From an uncultured Planctomycetota bacterium (GTDB lineage Bacteria > Planctomycetota > Planctomycetia > Isosphaerales > Isosphaeraceae): 64,000 bases of DNA. Shown here in pieces: positions 39,238 to 51,304 of the stretch. Position numbers and translations under genes: made by a program. The notes below the pieces were generated by a model. It searched no databases. It was not told the DNA's origin and worked only from the letters and a program-made list of their open reading frames with translations. Position 1 is the stretch's first letter. The number at the start of each line of letters is the position of its first letter. The stretch lies in contig CAWJTV010000041.1 in NCBI GenBank assembly GCA_963845755.1, forward strand, positions 384,001 through 448,000. Direction: 5' to 3'.

Positions 39238-42200
39238 GTGAGCCAGCCGGATGTGGCTGGAGAGGACCTGTATCGCCGCATCGTCGAAGCGGCGAATCAG
39301 GGGATCTGGGCCATTGACACCGCGCAGCGGACGATGTTCATCAACGCCAAGCTGGCCGGGCGGCTCGGCTATCAGCCCCAGGAGGTAGTGGGCCGGCCGG
39401 CCTGGGACCTGGTGTTCCCGGAGGATCATGGTGAAGCGGCCGCTCGATGGGCCGAACGGACGCCGGGGGAGGAGACCCGGGTGGAATTCCGACTGCGTCG
39501 CCAGGATGGCGCGGAGGTGTGGTTCGACGCCGCAATCAGCCCGCTCCACGACGTCGAAGGCCGGTTCACCGGGGCTCTGGGGCTCTTCGCCGATATCACG
39601 GAGCGGCGCCGCGCCGACGAGGCCCTGCGCCAGAGCGAGCGGCAGGCGCGGTTGCTGGCCGACTCGATGCCCCACATCGTCTGGACGGCCCGAGGCGACG
39701 GCACGGTGGACTATTTCAACGGCCGCTGGTACGAGTACACCGGCATGTCGCCCGAGGAGTCGCTGGAGCACCCGGGCTGGCGGTTGGCGGTCCACCTCGA
39801 TGACCTCGGATCGCTGTTGAACGTCAGGGATCCGGCCGTCGAGGAGGGGCAGGTCTTCCAGGCCGACGTCCGTTTGCGCGATCGGGAGGGTGCCTATCGG
39901 TGGCACATGGTTCGCTCGGTGCCGGTGCGCGACGACGCGGACCGGGTGATCCGGCGGTTCGGCACGGCCACCGACATCGACGACCGGATGCGGGCCGAGG
40001 AGGACTCGCCGCCGGCGAGCATCGGTTCCGGTTCCTTGCCGAATCGATCCCGCAGATGGTCTGGACCGCCTCCCCTGATGGCTCGGTGGACTATTCCAGT
40101 CCCCGGTTCCTCGAGTTTCTCGGTGCGGTGCGCGAGCAGGTGGAAGGACGGGCGTGGATGGACCTGATCCACGCCGACGACCGCGAATGGGCCGTCAACG
40201 CCTGGAAACGCGCGCTCGAAGCGGGGATCCCGTATCGGGTCGAGTGCCGGCTTCGCACGACCCACGGAGAGCACCGCTGGTTCTTCGGCCACGCACTCCC
40301 TCAGCGGGACGACACCGGTCGGATCGCGCGCTGGTACGGCACCTGGACCGACATCGATCTGCAATGGCAAGCACAGCAGGAGATCGTGCGGCTCAACCGC
40401 GATCTTCGCGCTCGGGTCGATGAGCTGGAGACGATCTTCGCGACGGTCCCGATCGGCATCGCCATCAGCGAGGATGTCGACTGTGCCCGAATTCGGTCGA
40501 ACCCGGCCCAGGAACAGATGCTCGAGCTTGCGCCGGGTTCCAACGCGTCGCTGAGCGCCCCGGCGGAGGAGCGGCCGGAGCATTTTCGCTTTCGTCGCGG
40601 CGGACGGGACCTCCGGCCCGACGAACTGCCGATGCAGGTGGCGGCCCGCGAGGGACAGGCCATCACCGGGTGCGAGCTGGAGATGTGCTGCGCGGATGGG
40701 CGCACCAAGTGGTTCTATGGCAACGCCACGCCGCTCTTCGACGAGGGGGGGCAGCCGCGCGGCTCGGTCGGCGCAGTTCCTGGACATGACCGAATGGCGA
40801 AGGGTCGAGGCGGCCCTGAAGGAGAACGAAGAGCAGTTGCGGCTAGCGATCCGGGCGACCGACCTGGGTCTCTTCGACCGGGACCTCACGACCAACACCC
40901 TGCGATGGTCCGCTCGCTCCAAGGCGATCTTCGGCCTGCCACCGGATTACCCGATCACCCTCGACGAGTTCTATCGCCGGCTTCACCCCGAGGATCGTCC
41001 GCGGGTCCAGTCGGCCATCAGGCGCGCCGTGGACCCCGACGGCGACGGCATCTACGAGGCCGATTACCAGTGCATCTGGGACGACGGGACCGTCCGCTGG
41101 GTAGCCGGCAAGGGACGCGTGTCGTTCGAGGAACGCGACGGACAGCGGCGGGTCGTCCGCATCGTCGGCACCGTCCAGGACATCACGGCCCGGAAGGAAA
41201 CCGAGGCGCAATTGAAGGAGGCCAAGGATGTGGCGGAGACGGCCAGCCTGGCGAAGGACCGCTTCCTCGCCGTCCTCAGCCACGAGCTGCGCACCCCATT
41301 GTCCCCGGTGGTCACGGCGGTCGGCCTGATGGAGTTGGTCCAGGAACTGCCCCCCGAGGTGAAGGAATACCTGGCGATGATCCGCCGCAACATCGACCTG
41401 GAGACCCGCCTGATCGACGACCTGCTGGACCTCAGCCGGGTGATCAGCGGCAAGCTGCGGCTGGAGCGGCGGCCGACCCATCTCAACGACCTGGTCCGGC
41501 ACGTGCTGGATATCGTCGGCGGCGAGGTCCACGACAAGGGACTGACCGTCGAAACCGACCTGACCGCGTCGTCCGACCTGGTCGAACGTCAACCCGGCGC
41601 GGCTCCAGCAAGTGATCTGGAACCTGATCAAGAACGCGGCCAAGTTCACGCCCGGCGGCGGGACGATCCGAGTGACGACCCGTCCGTCCGGGGGCTGTGG
41701 GATTGAGGTGGAAGTGCGGGATACGGGCAAGGGGATCAGCCCCGAGGCGCTGCCGTTCATCTTCAACGCCTTCGAGCAGGGGGAGCCGGCGGTCACCCAG
41801 AAGTTCGGCGGTCTGGGGTTGGGCCTGTCGATCGCCAAGGCGGTGGTCAACCGGCACGGGGGAACGATCCGCGCGGCGAGCGACGGGCCGGGCCAAGGTT
41901 CCTCATTCACGGTGGCGCTCGCACTGGTGCCAAACCGACGGGAGGGCGTCAACGCGGCCAGCCCACCGCGGCCCGATCACCCGGCCGGTCGGATCCGAGT
42001 GCTCCTGGTCGAGGACCACGCCGACACCGCCCGGGCGATGGTCAAGCTCCTGGAGCGCGCCGGCTACCAGGTCGAATGGGCCGATCGCGTGGCCGCGGCG
42101 CTGGAGGTCGCCGCGAACCGCACCTTCGACGTGATCGTCAGCGACCTCGGACTGCCCGACGGCTCCGGCTACGAGTTGATGCGGGCCCTCAAGGACGAGT

Positions 42201-42356
42201 ACGGCGCAGGGCATCGCCCTGAGCGGATTCGGTATGGAAGGGGACATCCTCCGCGGTCGTGAGGCCGGCTTCCTCGAGCATCTCGTCAAGCCGGTCAACG
42301 TCGCCACGCTCGATCAAGCCATCCTTCGCGTCGCCAGGCTACAGCCGCGAGGGTAG
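39238..42356 (+). CDS. Multi-PAS (about 5) hybrid histidine kinase with receiver domain; about 4 frameshifts
   Basis: PAS/PAC repeats (DITERR, DIDD, DITARK), LSHELRTPL, NLIKNAAKFT, GLGLGLSI and LLVEDH...SDLGLPD...LVKPV. Confidence 0.92.
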
Positions 42357-42642
42357 GGAGGTAGGCGGTTAAGCGGTCGTGGCTAGTGTAATGGTTCAGC
42401 GTGAAATGGAGAAACCGGGGTTGCGAGATAAGGTAGAGTGCACATGGGAACAGATTGGGTCGAGCCGCGAGGATTAATCGCACATATCTTGCCGAGGGCG
42501 ATTGGCGATCTCATAATCAATCCTGTGGATCATGGAGTCGGCTCCGATCTCTCAACTCCCCGCGCCGTCGGGGCTCGACTCGTGCTGGACCGGGACGGGT
42601 GAGCCCGGCGGTTGGCCCTCCGGAGCGTTATCGGTCGCATTC

Positions 42643-43232
42643 ATGGATCCCTACCAGGCCCTGGGCGTTTCCCGATCGTGCACTCGCGAACAGGTCAAGG
42701 AGGTCTTCCGGACCAGGGCATGGCACGCGCATCCGGATCGCGGCGGCGAGGATGCGGCGTTCATCCGGCTTTGTACCGCCTACAAGCAGATCCTCGAAGA
42801 ACTGGATCGTAGGCCGAACCCGCGCCTGCCAAACCAGGCACGGAGCTCGCGGCCGGCCCGCCCGGCCGTGACGCCTGGGGAGAGCCCGATACCCGATACG
42901 ATCTTCGTTGACGAGATCCCACCGAGCCGATGGCCCCCGAAGCCGTTCGACCCGAACTGGAAACCCGATCTGATCTTGCTCGATGAGGTCTCGCCGGTCG
43001 GTCGGCTCCCGAAGCCGCCCGACCCCAGGGCGCCAGGAGAACCTACCTGTCCTGGCTCGAGCAGGTCGCAGTCAAGTCTTCCCGGCGACAGTCCGCCTGG
43101 CGATCGGAAGGGGGCAACACCTTCGGTGCCCTGATTATCCTGGCCCTGATTGTTGGCAGTGTCTGTGGGTGCTGGATCGCGTGGAAATACGCGGCGGAGC
43201 AGGCGGAGCAGGCGGCTCGCCAGTCCTGGTGA
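42643..43232 (+). CDS. J-domain protein with Pro-rich linker and C-terminal TM (frameshift near 43030)
   Basis: MDPYQALGV...HPDRGG; second frame gives TYLSWLEQVA...QSAWRS...ALIILALIVGSVCGCWIAW. Confidence 0.8.
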
Positions 43233-43440
43233 ATACGGTCGATCATCGCCGAGAACGACGGCACCTCCTGAAGGCGGCCCGTGCAAAGATCTTGCCTCGG
43301 GCGATCGGTGATCTCATAATCGATCTCCTGCAAGATTGGGGCGCACCGGACCTCTCACCATTCCAACGGTCCGCCGCGGCGTGCCCCGGATTTATGAGTG
43401 ACCTCGCCGGAGGTTTTCGCGCAGCGAGATAGGTCTCACG

Positions 43441-44403
43441 ATGGATCCTTACCTCACCCTGGGAATCGCGCGGGGCTGTAGCCGCCAGGAGCTCAAGGAT
43501 GCATTCCGGACCAAGGCAAGGTCCGCTCATCCCGATCGCGGCGGTGAGGTCCTGTCGTTCGTTCAACTGCGCACGGCCTACGAGCAGATCCTCGCGGAGC
43601 TGGACCGGGGTCCTGGTCCGGACCACGGGAAGCCCGGGGTGGCCCGATCCGACGAACACGCCACGACGACGACCCGCTCGGCCGTCGCGGAGGAACCCTA
43701 CGAATCCTGGCTCCGACACGTCGCGGCCCAGGCGAGTGGTAGTCAGTCCGTGTGGCGGTCCGCCCCGGTCCGCACGCTGGGAGTGGTGCTCGTATTGGTG
43801 CTGGTCACCGTGAATCTCGTCGTTTGCTGGGTCCTCTGGACCTCCAACTCACCGCTGCCGAGCGCCGCCCCTCCGGTCGAGCCGGCCATTGGCGCCGACG
43901 TGCTGGATGCGAGCTCCGCGCCGATCCGGCCCCCATCCCTCCCGAAGGAATTACGCCGGTGGGAGCGACGTCCGGCCAACCCCGCGGACTTCTTCGTCAT
44001 CCCCTACAATGCGACCCTCTACGTGGCCCCGGGGGTAGGAGATGGTGGCGGCGTCACTGAATTCGGCATCGTCGAGTCCCTGGGCGACCCCCTCCCGATC
44101 TTCACGGGCTTGCCCGGTCATCCCAATCCCACTCGTGAGATCGAGGTCGGCCCCGTCGCCGTCGGGTCGAATCTGCGGATCTACTTGAAGCGGGGCAACT
44201 CCTGGGCTTTCTCGGATTCCCTCTTCACGGAGCAGTCTCGCGAGACGTTCTCGGATCGAGACAATAGCCTCGGGGGACGTGGGTCGATCATCGAGAAGAC
44301 CGGCTCGAACACCTGGGTCCTGCACCTGGACGACATCGACTCCCACGATGATGACGATGGCGACATCTTCATCCAGATCCGGCTGGTGCCGCGAGAGGGG
44401 TGA
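43441..44403 (+). CDS. J-domain protein with TM and acidic beta-rich C-terminal domain
   Basis: MDPYLTLGI...HPDRGG; TM segment LGVVLVLVLVTVNLVVCWVLW; ends LDDIDSHDDDDGDIFIQIRL. Confidence 0.85.
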   Translation: MDPYLTLGIARGCSRQELKDAFRTKARSAHPDRGGEVLSFVQLRTAYEQILAELDRGPGPDHGKPGVARSDEHATTTTRSAVAEEPYESWLRHVAAQASGSQSVWRSAPVRTLGVVLVLVLVTVNLVVCWVLWTSNSPLPSAAPPVEPAIGADVLDASSAPIRPPSLPKELRRWERRPANPADFFVIPYNATLYVAPGVGDGGGVTEFGIVESLGDPLPIFTGLPGHPNPTREIEVGPVAVGSNLRIYLKRGNSWAFSDSLFTEQSRETFSDRDNSLGGRGSIIEKTGSNTWVLHLDDIDSHDDDDGDIFIQIRLVPREG

Positions 44404-44427
44404 GCCGCGATGGTCGCGATCCTTCGA

Positions 44428-45743
44428 TCAGCCCAGGTTCAGGCACTTTCCCTCCCGGAATAGGGAGATGGGTCGGCCGGTTACCGAGTGGACTTCGTGG
44501 TGAGGGCCGATGCCCAGCCGCTGGAAGATCGTGGCAGCGAGGTCGTCGGGCGAGCAGGGGTTGACCGACGGAGCCATGCCGCGCGCGTCGGTCGAGCCGT
44601 AGACGGATCCGCCGGAAAAGCCGCCACCAGCCAGCAGGACGGCCATTGAGCGCGACCAGTGATCGCGCCCGGCGTTGCCGTTGACCTGCGGCGTCCTGCC
44701 GAACTCGCCGGCACACATGACGAGGGTTTCGTCCAGGAGGCCACGCGACTGGAGGTCGTCGGATCAAGTTCGAGAGCGCCTTGTCCAGGTCGGGAAGCAG
44801 ACGGTCTCTGAGCGTGCGGAAGTTGCCGGCGTGCGTGTCCCAGCCGCCGAACCCGAGCGTGACGAACCGGGCACCGGCTTCGATCAGCCGGCGCGCGGCC
44901 AGGGTCCCCTGCCCCAGCGGGCTCCGGCCGTAGTTGTCGCGGAGCCGGTCCGGCTCGCGCGCCAGGTCGAGCGCCGACCGGACGCGATCGGTCCGGAGGA
45001 TTTCGATGGCCTCCCGGTGGAAGGCGTCGAGGCCCGTCATGAGATCGGTGGCGTCGAGTGCCCGCAGGCCATGATCGAGCCCGGCTCGCAACGCGTCGCG
45101 GTCCTCCAGGTCGCGGAGCGCGCATCCCTGCCGGCAGCGAGACCCCGCGCGCCTCGAGACGTCCCCGGCCGGGTTCTCCCTCGACCTCGAACGGCCCGAA
45201 CGCGGGGCCGAGATAACCTGTGCCGGTCGTCGCCGCCCCTTCCCGCATCGCCGCGAACGTGATGTACGGCGGCATGCCCCGGCGCGACGGCAGCACCCGA
45301 GCCGCCAGCGAGCCCAGCGCCGGGTATTCCATCGCCGCGCTCGGCCGGTTGCCCGTGGACATGTACGTCGTGCCTGGCCCGTGCGCCGAGATCGTGTGGC
45401 TCAGCGATCGAATCAGCGATGCAACGGTCCATCACCTTCGCCAGGCCCGGCATGTGCTCGCCGATCGAAATCCCCGGCATGGCCGTGGCGATCGGCCGGA
45501 ACTCGCCCCGGATCTCCTCGGGAGCACCGGGCTTCAGGTCCCACATATCGATCGTCGCCGGTCCACCCGAGAGCCAGATCTGGATCACGCCCGTTGCCGG
45601 CTTCTTGGCCCCGGCGTGGCCGCGCCGGCCGTCGCCCGCAGTCGCAGCACGTCGGCCAGCTCCAGGCCGAACATGCCGGCCGCGCCGATCCGCAGGAAGT
45701 CGCGACGGTGGAACCCTTCGCAGTCGGTCGCCATTCGAGTCAT
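44428..45743 (-). CDS. DUF1501 protein with Tat signal (several frameshifts)
   Basis: RRDFLRIG, WLSGGPATIDMWDLKP, LAARRLIEAGARFV, GWDTH and GEFGRTP...GRDHW. Confidence 0.9.
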
Positions 45744-45761
45744 CACAGTGACCTTCTTTCC

Positions 45762-45830
45762 GTAGGTCAGGATTTCCAGCCTGACGCTCCCGTGGGGTAG
45801 ACAATTGTCAGGCAGGAAGGCCTGACCTAT
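45762..45830. repeat. GTAG-type REP doublet (REPIN), copy 2
   Basis: GTAGGTCAGGATTTCCAGCCTGAC...GTCAGGCAGGAAGGCCTGACCTAT; same family as 13971-14029. Confidence 0.85.
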
Positions 45831-45836
45831 GGATGG

Positions 45837-48242
45837 TCAGTGGTTCAATATAAATTCACGCGTATTGATAATCGCCCAGAGCACGTCCGTCATGGCGGCC
45901 TTTCGGCTGGTCTTGGTCCGGAGGTGTTCGAGGATACGGTTGCGCTCATCGTCGGTGGGGAATCGCGAAAGTGTGGCGAGGAACAACTCGTCGATGATGG
46001 CGGCATCGCAACGATCGGATTCGAAGAGGGTGCGGAGCCGGCCGCGAGCCAGCTTGTCGAGCAGGCCCGGGTCGGACATGAGGAACAGGGCCTGGGGCAG
46101 TTCTGGGCCTCGGGGACGTTCGCAGTCGCAGGTCGCCACTCGCCGGGGACGGCCGAAGACGCGGAAGGCCTGCGCGAGGTCCGGCGATTGAACCAGGTTG
46201 GCGGCGACCTCAATGGCTCGCGCCCCTTTGGGTGAATCGGCGCCGAACTCACCGGGCACGCCGAGTGCGGCGTTGATCGCGTCGACCAGGACCTCGGCCA
46301 TCATCATTCGCGGCAAAGCACGGGCGAAGTTCCGCCGGTCGTCGAGGTTCCCCGCCTCCGGCTGCGAGGACCGCTGATAGGCTCGCGACCGGAGGATGGT
46401 CCGCTCCAGCCGGCGGATGTCGTAGACGTGTGAGACGAAGTCGGTCGCCAGAGCGTCGAGCAAGCGCGTGTTTGACGGTGGATTGGCGACCGAGAAGTTG
46501 TCGACCGGCTCGACCAGCCCGGCGCCGAAATACGCCGCCCAGACGCGGTTGACGAAACTCCGGGCGAAGTAGGGATTATCGGGCCGCGTCAACCAGGCGA
46601 AGAGCTCTTCGCGGGGGTCGGCCTTGTCGGGGAGGTCCGGACCGCCCGAGCGCCGCGGGCGGCAGTGGCCGGCCGGTCGCCGGGTCGGGGAGACCGCGCG
46701 CGGGGCGATCGGCCAGGAACACCTCGCGCACTCGGGGGATCGGCGGCAAGCCGCCATCTTGGTCGACGACTTCCGGCGCTCCTCCAGGAACCGCGCCGTC
46801 GCCGCCAGTCCGTCGGGCGAGAGGCCGAAGCGGACGTTCGCGAAGATGCTGGCATAGGCGCGATAGTCGGCCTGGGTCCAGCGGTCGAACGGATGCTTGT
46901 GACACTGGGCGCACTCGATCCGCACACCCAGCAGCGCAGTGGCCGTGCGCTCGGCCATCTGCTCGATCGGGAAGTATTCGCCGTTGATCGTGAACCGCCG
47001 CCAGAACAGGTCGAGCCCCGGTTTCGAGGCGTAGTCGGTCTCCCAGCCCGGCTCGCGCCGCGGCCATGCGACCGGTCTCGCGGTTGAGCCAGCGAGTCGA
47101 CGTCCTGGCCGTCGCGGCTGGTCGCACACAGAATTCCGCGCGACGATCCGGTCGTAGGGCACGTTCTCGGCGATGCGCTTGCGGAACCAGTCGTGCCACA
47201 TCCGCGCGCGTCGGGCTTTCAGGTCGTCGGGGCCCTCCATCGACTCGGTATCGCAGCCGGTGATATCGAGGAACCGCGTGGCCCAGAGGGCCGCGTGCAT
47301 GGGATGCGCGAGCAGCCGGTCAATGATCTGATCCCGCTTGCCCGGCGTGCGATCGCTGAGGAAATCCCGGACCTCCTCCGGTGTTGGCAGCGTACCAATC
47401 AAATCGAGCGTGACCCGGCGGAGGAACTCGGTGTCCGACGACGGACCCGACGGTGCGATCCCCAGGTTGCGGAGCTTGGCGAAGACCTCGCGGTCGATAT
47501 ATTCGGCCTCGGGCACTTCGTGAACAGCCACCTTCCGGCCCGACGAGACAGCGATCCGAGCCGCGGTGAGCTGTCCGTGATAGGAGGCGACAACCGCCGT
47601 GTCGCCGGGCCGCAGGCCGCGGACGGCTGCCGGCCGGGTCAACCGCGACAATCGCATCGTCCTTGACATGAATGTCGCAGAACAACGTCACGTCGGCCTC
47701 GGTACCATCGGTGAACCGGGCAACGATCGCCAGCCGGGCCGATTCGCCGGGCCGGGCGAGGTTCAGCTCCCGAGGGCGGATCGCGATCCGCTCGGCCACG
47801 GCGCGAGACGGGTCGCGACGAGCCCCGGCGGCGATCCAGGCGCGGATGACGCGATATTCCCACGAGCCCGGCGCGAACCGCTGGCCTCCTTCGTGCGGAA
47901 CCTGGCCGGTCGGCTTCAGCAGCACGAGGCTCCGGTCGGGCTCGATCACGTCCACACGGCGGCCCATCCCCTGGCGGACGATCGCGTCATAGTCGTGGCC
48001 CGGGTCGTGGCCGAAGAGGCTGAGGTTCAGCCCGCCCCGACCCTGGAACGAGCCGTGACAGGACCCGGCGTTGCAGCCCAGCCGGCCGAAGAGGCTCGCG
48101 ACGTGGCGGTCGAAGTCGACCTCCAGCGAGACTTGCTCCGTTCGGCAATAGCACCGGTGCCGAGGCCGGCCTCGCCCGCCAAGGTCAGCGAGCCCGCGAG
48201 CCATGCCAGCAGTCCGATCATCGTTCGAATGCCCCGGGGCAT
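45837..48242 (-). CDS. DUF1549/DUF1553 (PSD1-type) planctomycete cytochrome-like protein (frameshifts)
   Basis: GCNAGSCHG, EFLRRVTLDLIGTLPT, ECAQCHKHPFDRW, NPYFARSFVNRVW and LWAIINTREFILNH. Confidence 0.9.
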
Positions 48243-48338
48243 CGCTCTGTCCTTGTCTGGATTTGAGATGCGAGATTCATGAATATCACAGTATGAAGAT
48301 CGGCCGATCTTGAATCTCGAATTCGGGATCTCGAATTC

Positions 48339-51108
48339 TCACTTCGGCTCCAGCACAAGCGTCGCCTCCTCGGTCTTGCCCTCGGGAGCTTGACCGTCCG
48401 GCTCGTCGGCTTGAACCCGTCGGCATAGACGGTGATCTTCACCTCGCGGTCGGGCGTGATCTTGGTCGGCGCGGAACCGGCCGTCGTCCTGCGGATCGAA
48501 GAGGACCTCCGTTGACCGCCGTTCTTGAGGCCCACTTGAAAGCCGGCCTCGGCGAGCTCCTCGCGTATACACGCCTGCCAGATGACGTCCTTGATCGGCA
48601 CGGCCATCCTTCGCGATGGCCTTGACGATCAGCGAGGTCTGCGTCGTAGCGGACGATCTCGAGGTCCTTGACGTCGTGGTCGAGCGTGCCGAACATGATG
48701 ACTGGCTGGCTTCGAGCTTCCCGTCCTTGCCGATGCGGTACCGCGTCGAGGTGAGCTGACCGGGGAAGATATGTGATCTGGGCTCGATCCAACCCGTGCG
48801 GGATCTTCACCGCGAATCTGCCATCCGCCGACGGGAGGACCATGGTGTGCCAGGACTCGCCGTCGATCTGGCCGATGATCATGAGGTTCCAGCCGCGGCG
48901 CGGCTTGCCTTTGCTGTCGACCCATCCGCCCTCGATCACGACGTGCGGAGTCGGCGGATCTCGATCGGACGGGCGTCTGCCCTCGCGTGATCGTCGACTT
49001 CTGCGGCGCGAAGACGCCCGGAGAGCCCGGCGGATCCATCCCTTGCGGCACCTGCAGGTCTTCCGCCGGGCTGGACGAGTAGCACGCCGGCCGGCAGCGG
49101 GTCGAACGTGAACCGGCCCTCGGCGTCGGTCTCGGCCTGACGCTCGATCTCGTCGGAGACAGCCAGCGGCTCGAGGATCTCGTGGTCGGCGCGAGCTGTC
49201 CGCGGTCGCGCTCGATCTTCGACGAACATCCCGGCCATCGGCTTGCCTTGCGCGTCGAGGGCCCGGCCCTTCAGCGTCGATGCCCGTCTTCAGGATGAAC
49301 GTCCCGAAATCGCCGCGCCGATCGCGGGATCGCGTGGGACTCCGGCGCGATAGTCCTTCGGCAGGATCCAGAACATCCCCAGGCCGGGGGTCATGATCGG
49401 GAGTCGGAAGCGGCCCTGCCGGTCGGTCTTGGCCCTGGCGAGCGAGCCGTACTCGCGCGGGCCCGGCCTCCACCTGGCCGACGTGAGCGAATACGCTCAC
49501 GACCTCGACCCCGTCGCCGGGCTTGCCGTCGGGCGTCTCGATCCGGCCGAGGACCGGCCTGGCCGGCCGGAGCGTCGATGTTCTCGAAGAACGGCCGATG
49601 GCCCCGGCTCTCTCCTTGCGGATCAGCTCAGGCCGTAGCCGAAGCCGGCCTGCGTGGCGTAGTCGGGGTGCTCGACGTCGAGCTCGATGTAGAGCCGCTT
49701 CACGGCGACCTGCTCGGGCGGGATCGTGAACGAGTAACGCCCTCCGCGTCCGTGGTGTGCCGGCTCTCCTCGATGATGCGGTTTCCTTCCCGGTTGTCGG
49801 AGTCCTTGCGGCGGACGGTCACGATCGCCCCGGCGATCGGCTTGCCGGTGTCCTTGTCCTTCACCTTGCCCGTATAGTGGAGCGTCTCGCCTTTCGGCTC
49901 GGCCTTGGCCGCGCGCGGCGCGGCTTTCGGGGCCTGGGGCTTCGGGTCTTCGGCCGGGGTGGAGTCGGCGCGGAGGCCGGCGACGATCAGGATGGCCAGC
50001 GCCGTCGCGGCGAGCCGCGCCGAGGCTCCAGGACCCTGGGGCAGCGGTGCTCGATCGGTTCGCGGTCGTTGACGAGCATGGTGACTCTCCGGGTCAGGTT
50101 CGAGGGGCTGATCGTAGATTCCCATCGCCGGCACGGGCGGCCGCGATGGCGGGCGGCGGTGTTCGCGGGCGAGCCGGACCAGGCAGGCGGCGTAGTCCTC
50201 GGGCGAGCCGATCGCCGCGGCGCGGTCGTCGGCCAGGTAGTCCTGGCAAAGCCGGAGCTGGCGCCGCAGCCACCAGAACAGCGGCTGGTAGAACAGGACA
50301 GCGCCGGCGAGGGCGGTGAGGTTCCAGGCCCAGGCGTCGCGCCGCTCGACGTGCGACCACTCGTGCGCCAGGGCATAGCGGGAGCGATTCGTCATCGCCC
50401 AGGTCTGCAGAGGTGCCGACGGCAGCAGGATCACCGGGCGGGTCCAGGTGAAGGTGAACGGCATCGCGCGATCTGGTCGCTGTCGAGCAGCTGCACCCGC
50501 TCACCGGCCGGCCCGCTGATGGCGAGGAAGCGGTCGCGCACCGACGGCGCGCCGGCCGCGCTCCGCGCGTGACCCGCCAGAGTACCGCCTGGCCCGAGGA
50601 CCCACCAGGCCAGCAATCCGCCCGATCGTCGAGGGCATACAGCGAGGATGAACCCTCTGTTGCCAGGGGACATCGGCCAGGGTCGAGAGCGCCGTTGACG
50701 CCCATCGCCGACGCCAGGCGTTGGTCCTCGTCGGCGCGGCGATCGTGCCGACCGGGTTGCATCGAGCGGGTCTTCGAGCGATCCGGAAGCGATTGCCCCG
50801 GTGACGCAGGTCAGCCGAACAAATCCATCGAAGGAGGCGCTGGTCGGGACCTTGAGAACGGGACATCTCGATGCCCGGGAAAGCCCCGATGTCAACCACC
50901 GCGCAGCAACCGGGAAGCCGGATCGGGAGCGGAAGGCGACAGCCGAGCCAGGGCACGAGGAGTCCGCCGAGTATCGTCAGGACGACCAGCCGCGCCGCGT
51001 CGACCGGCTGACGGCAGAGCCGCACCGCCAAGCCGCCCACCGCCAACACGATCAGGCCGCCCAGGGCGGACTGCACCAGCGAATCCCAGATCGACACAGC
51101 CAGGCCAT
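48339..51108 (-). CDS. BlaR1/M56 metallopeptidase with carboxypeptidase-regulatory-like repeats, paralog 2 (many frameshifts)
   Basis: ALAHEWSHVERRD, PLFWWLRRQLRLCQDYLADDRA and GKVKDKDTGKPIAGA...TDAEG repeats. Confidence 0.82.
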
Positions 51109-51304
51109 GATGCGCTCCGCGATGCTTAAGCCCGCAAGACCGAGCTGGAGAATCGCTTTCCTGCACGATGGTGCGGCGATCCTGCGCAGTATTCGGCTAG
51201 AGATTCTGCATTTCTGAGCAGGATTCAGTCGCCATTTCATGTCGAGAATTCGGGAATAGGGAATCTTGGATTCGTAATCCTTCTTCCGACGAGGCGAAGC
51301 CGCA

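Noticed and set aside
48311..48340. Heptamer-like tracts after each BlaR1 paralog (also about 51245-51275)
   Set aside because: Only about 4 degenerate units each; too weak to call a functional repeat.
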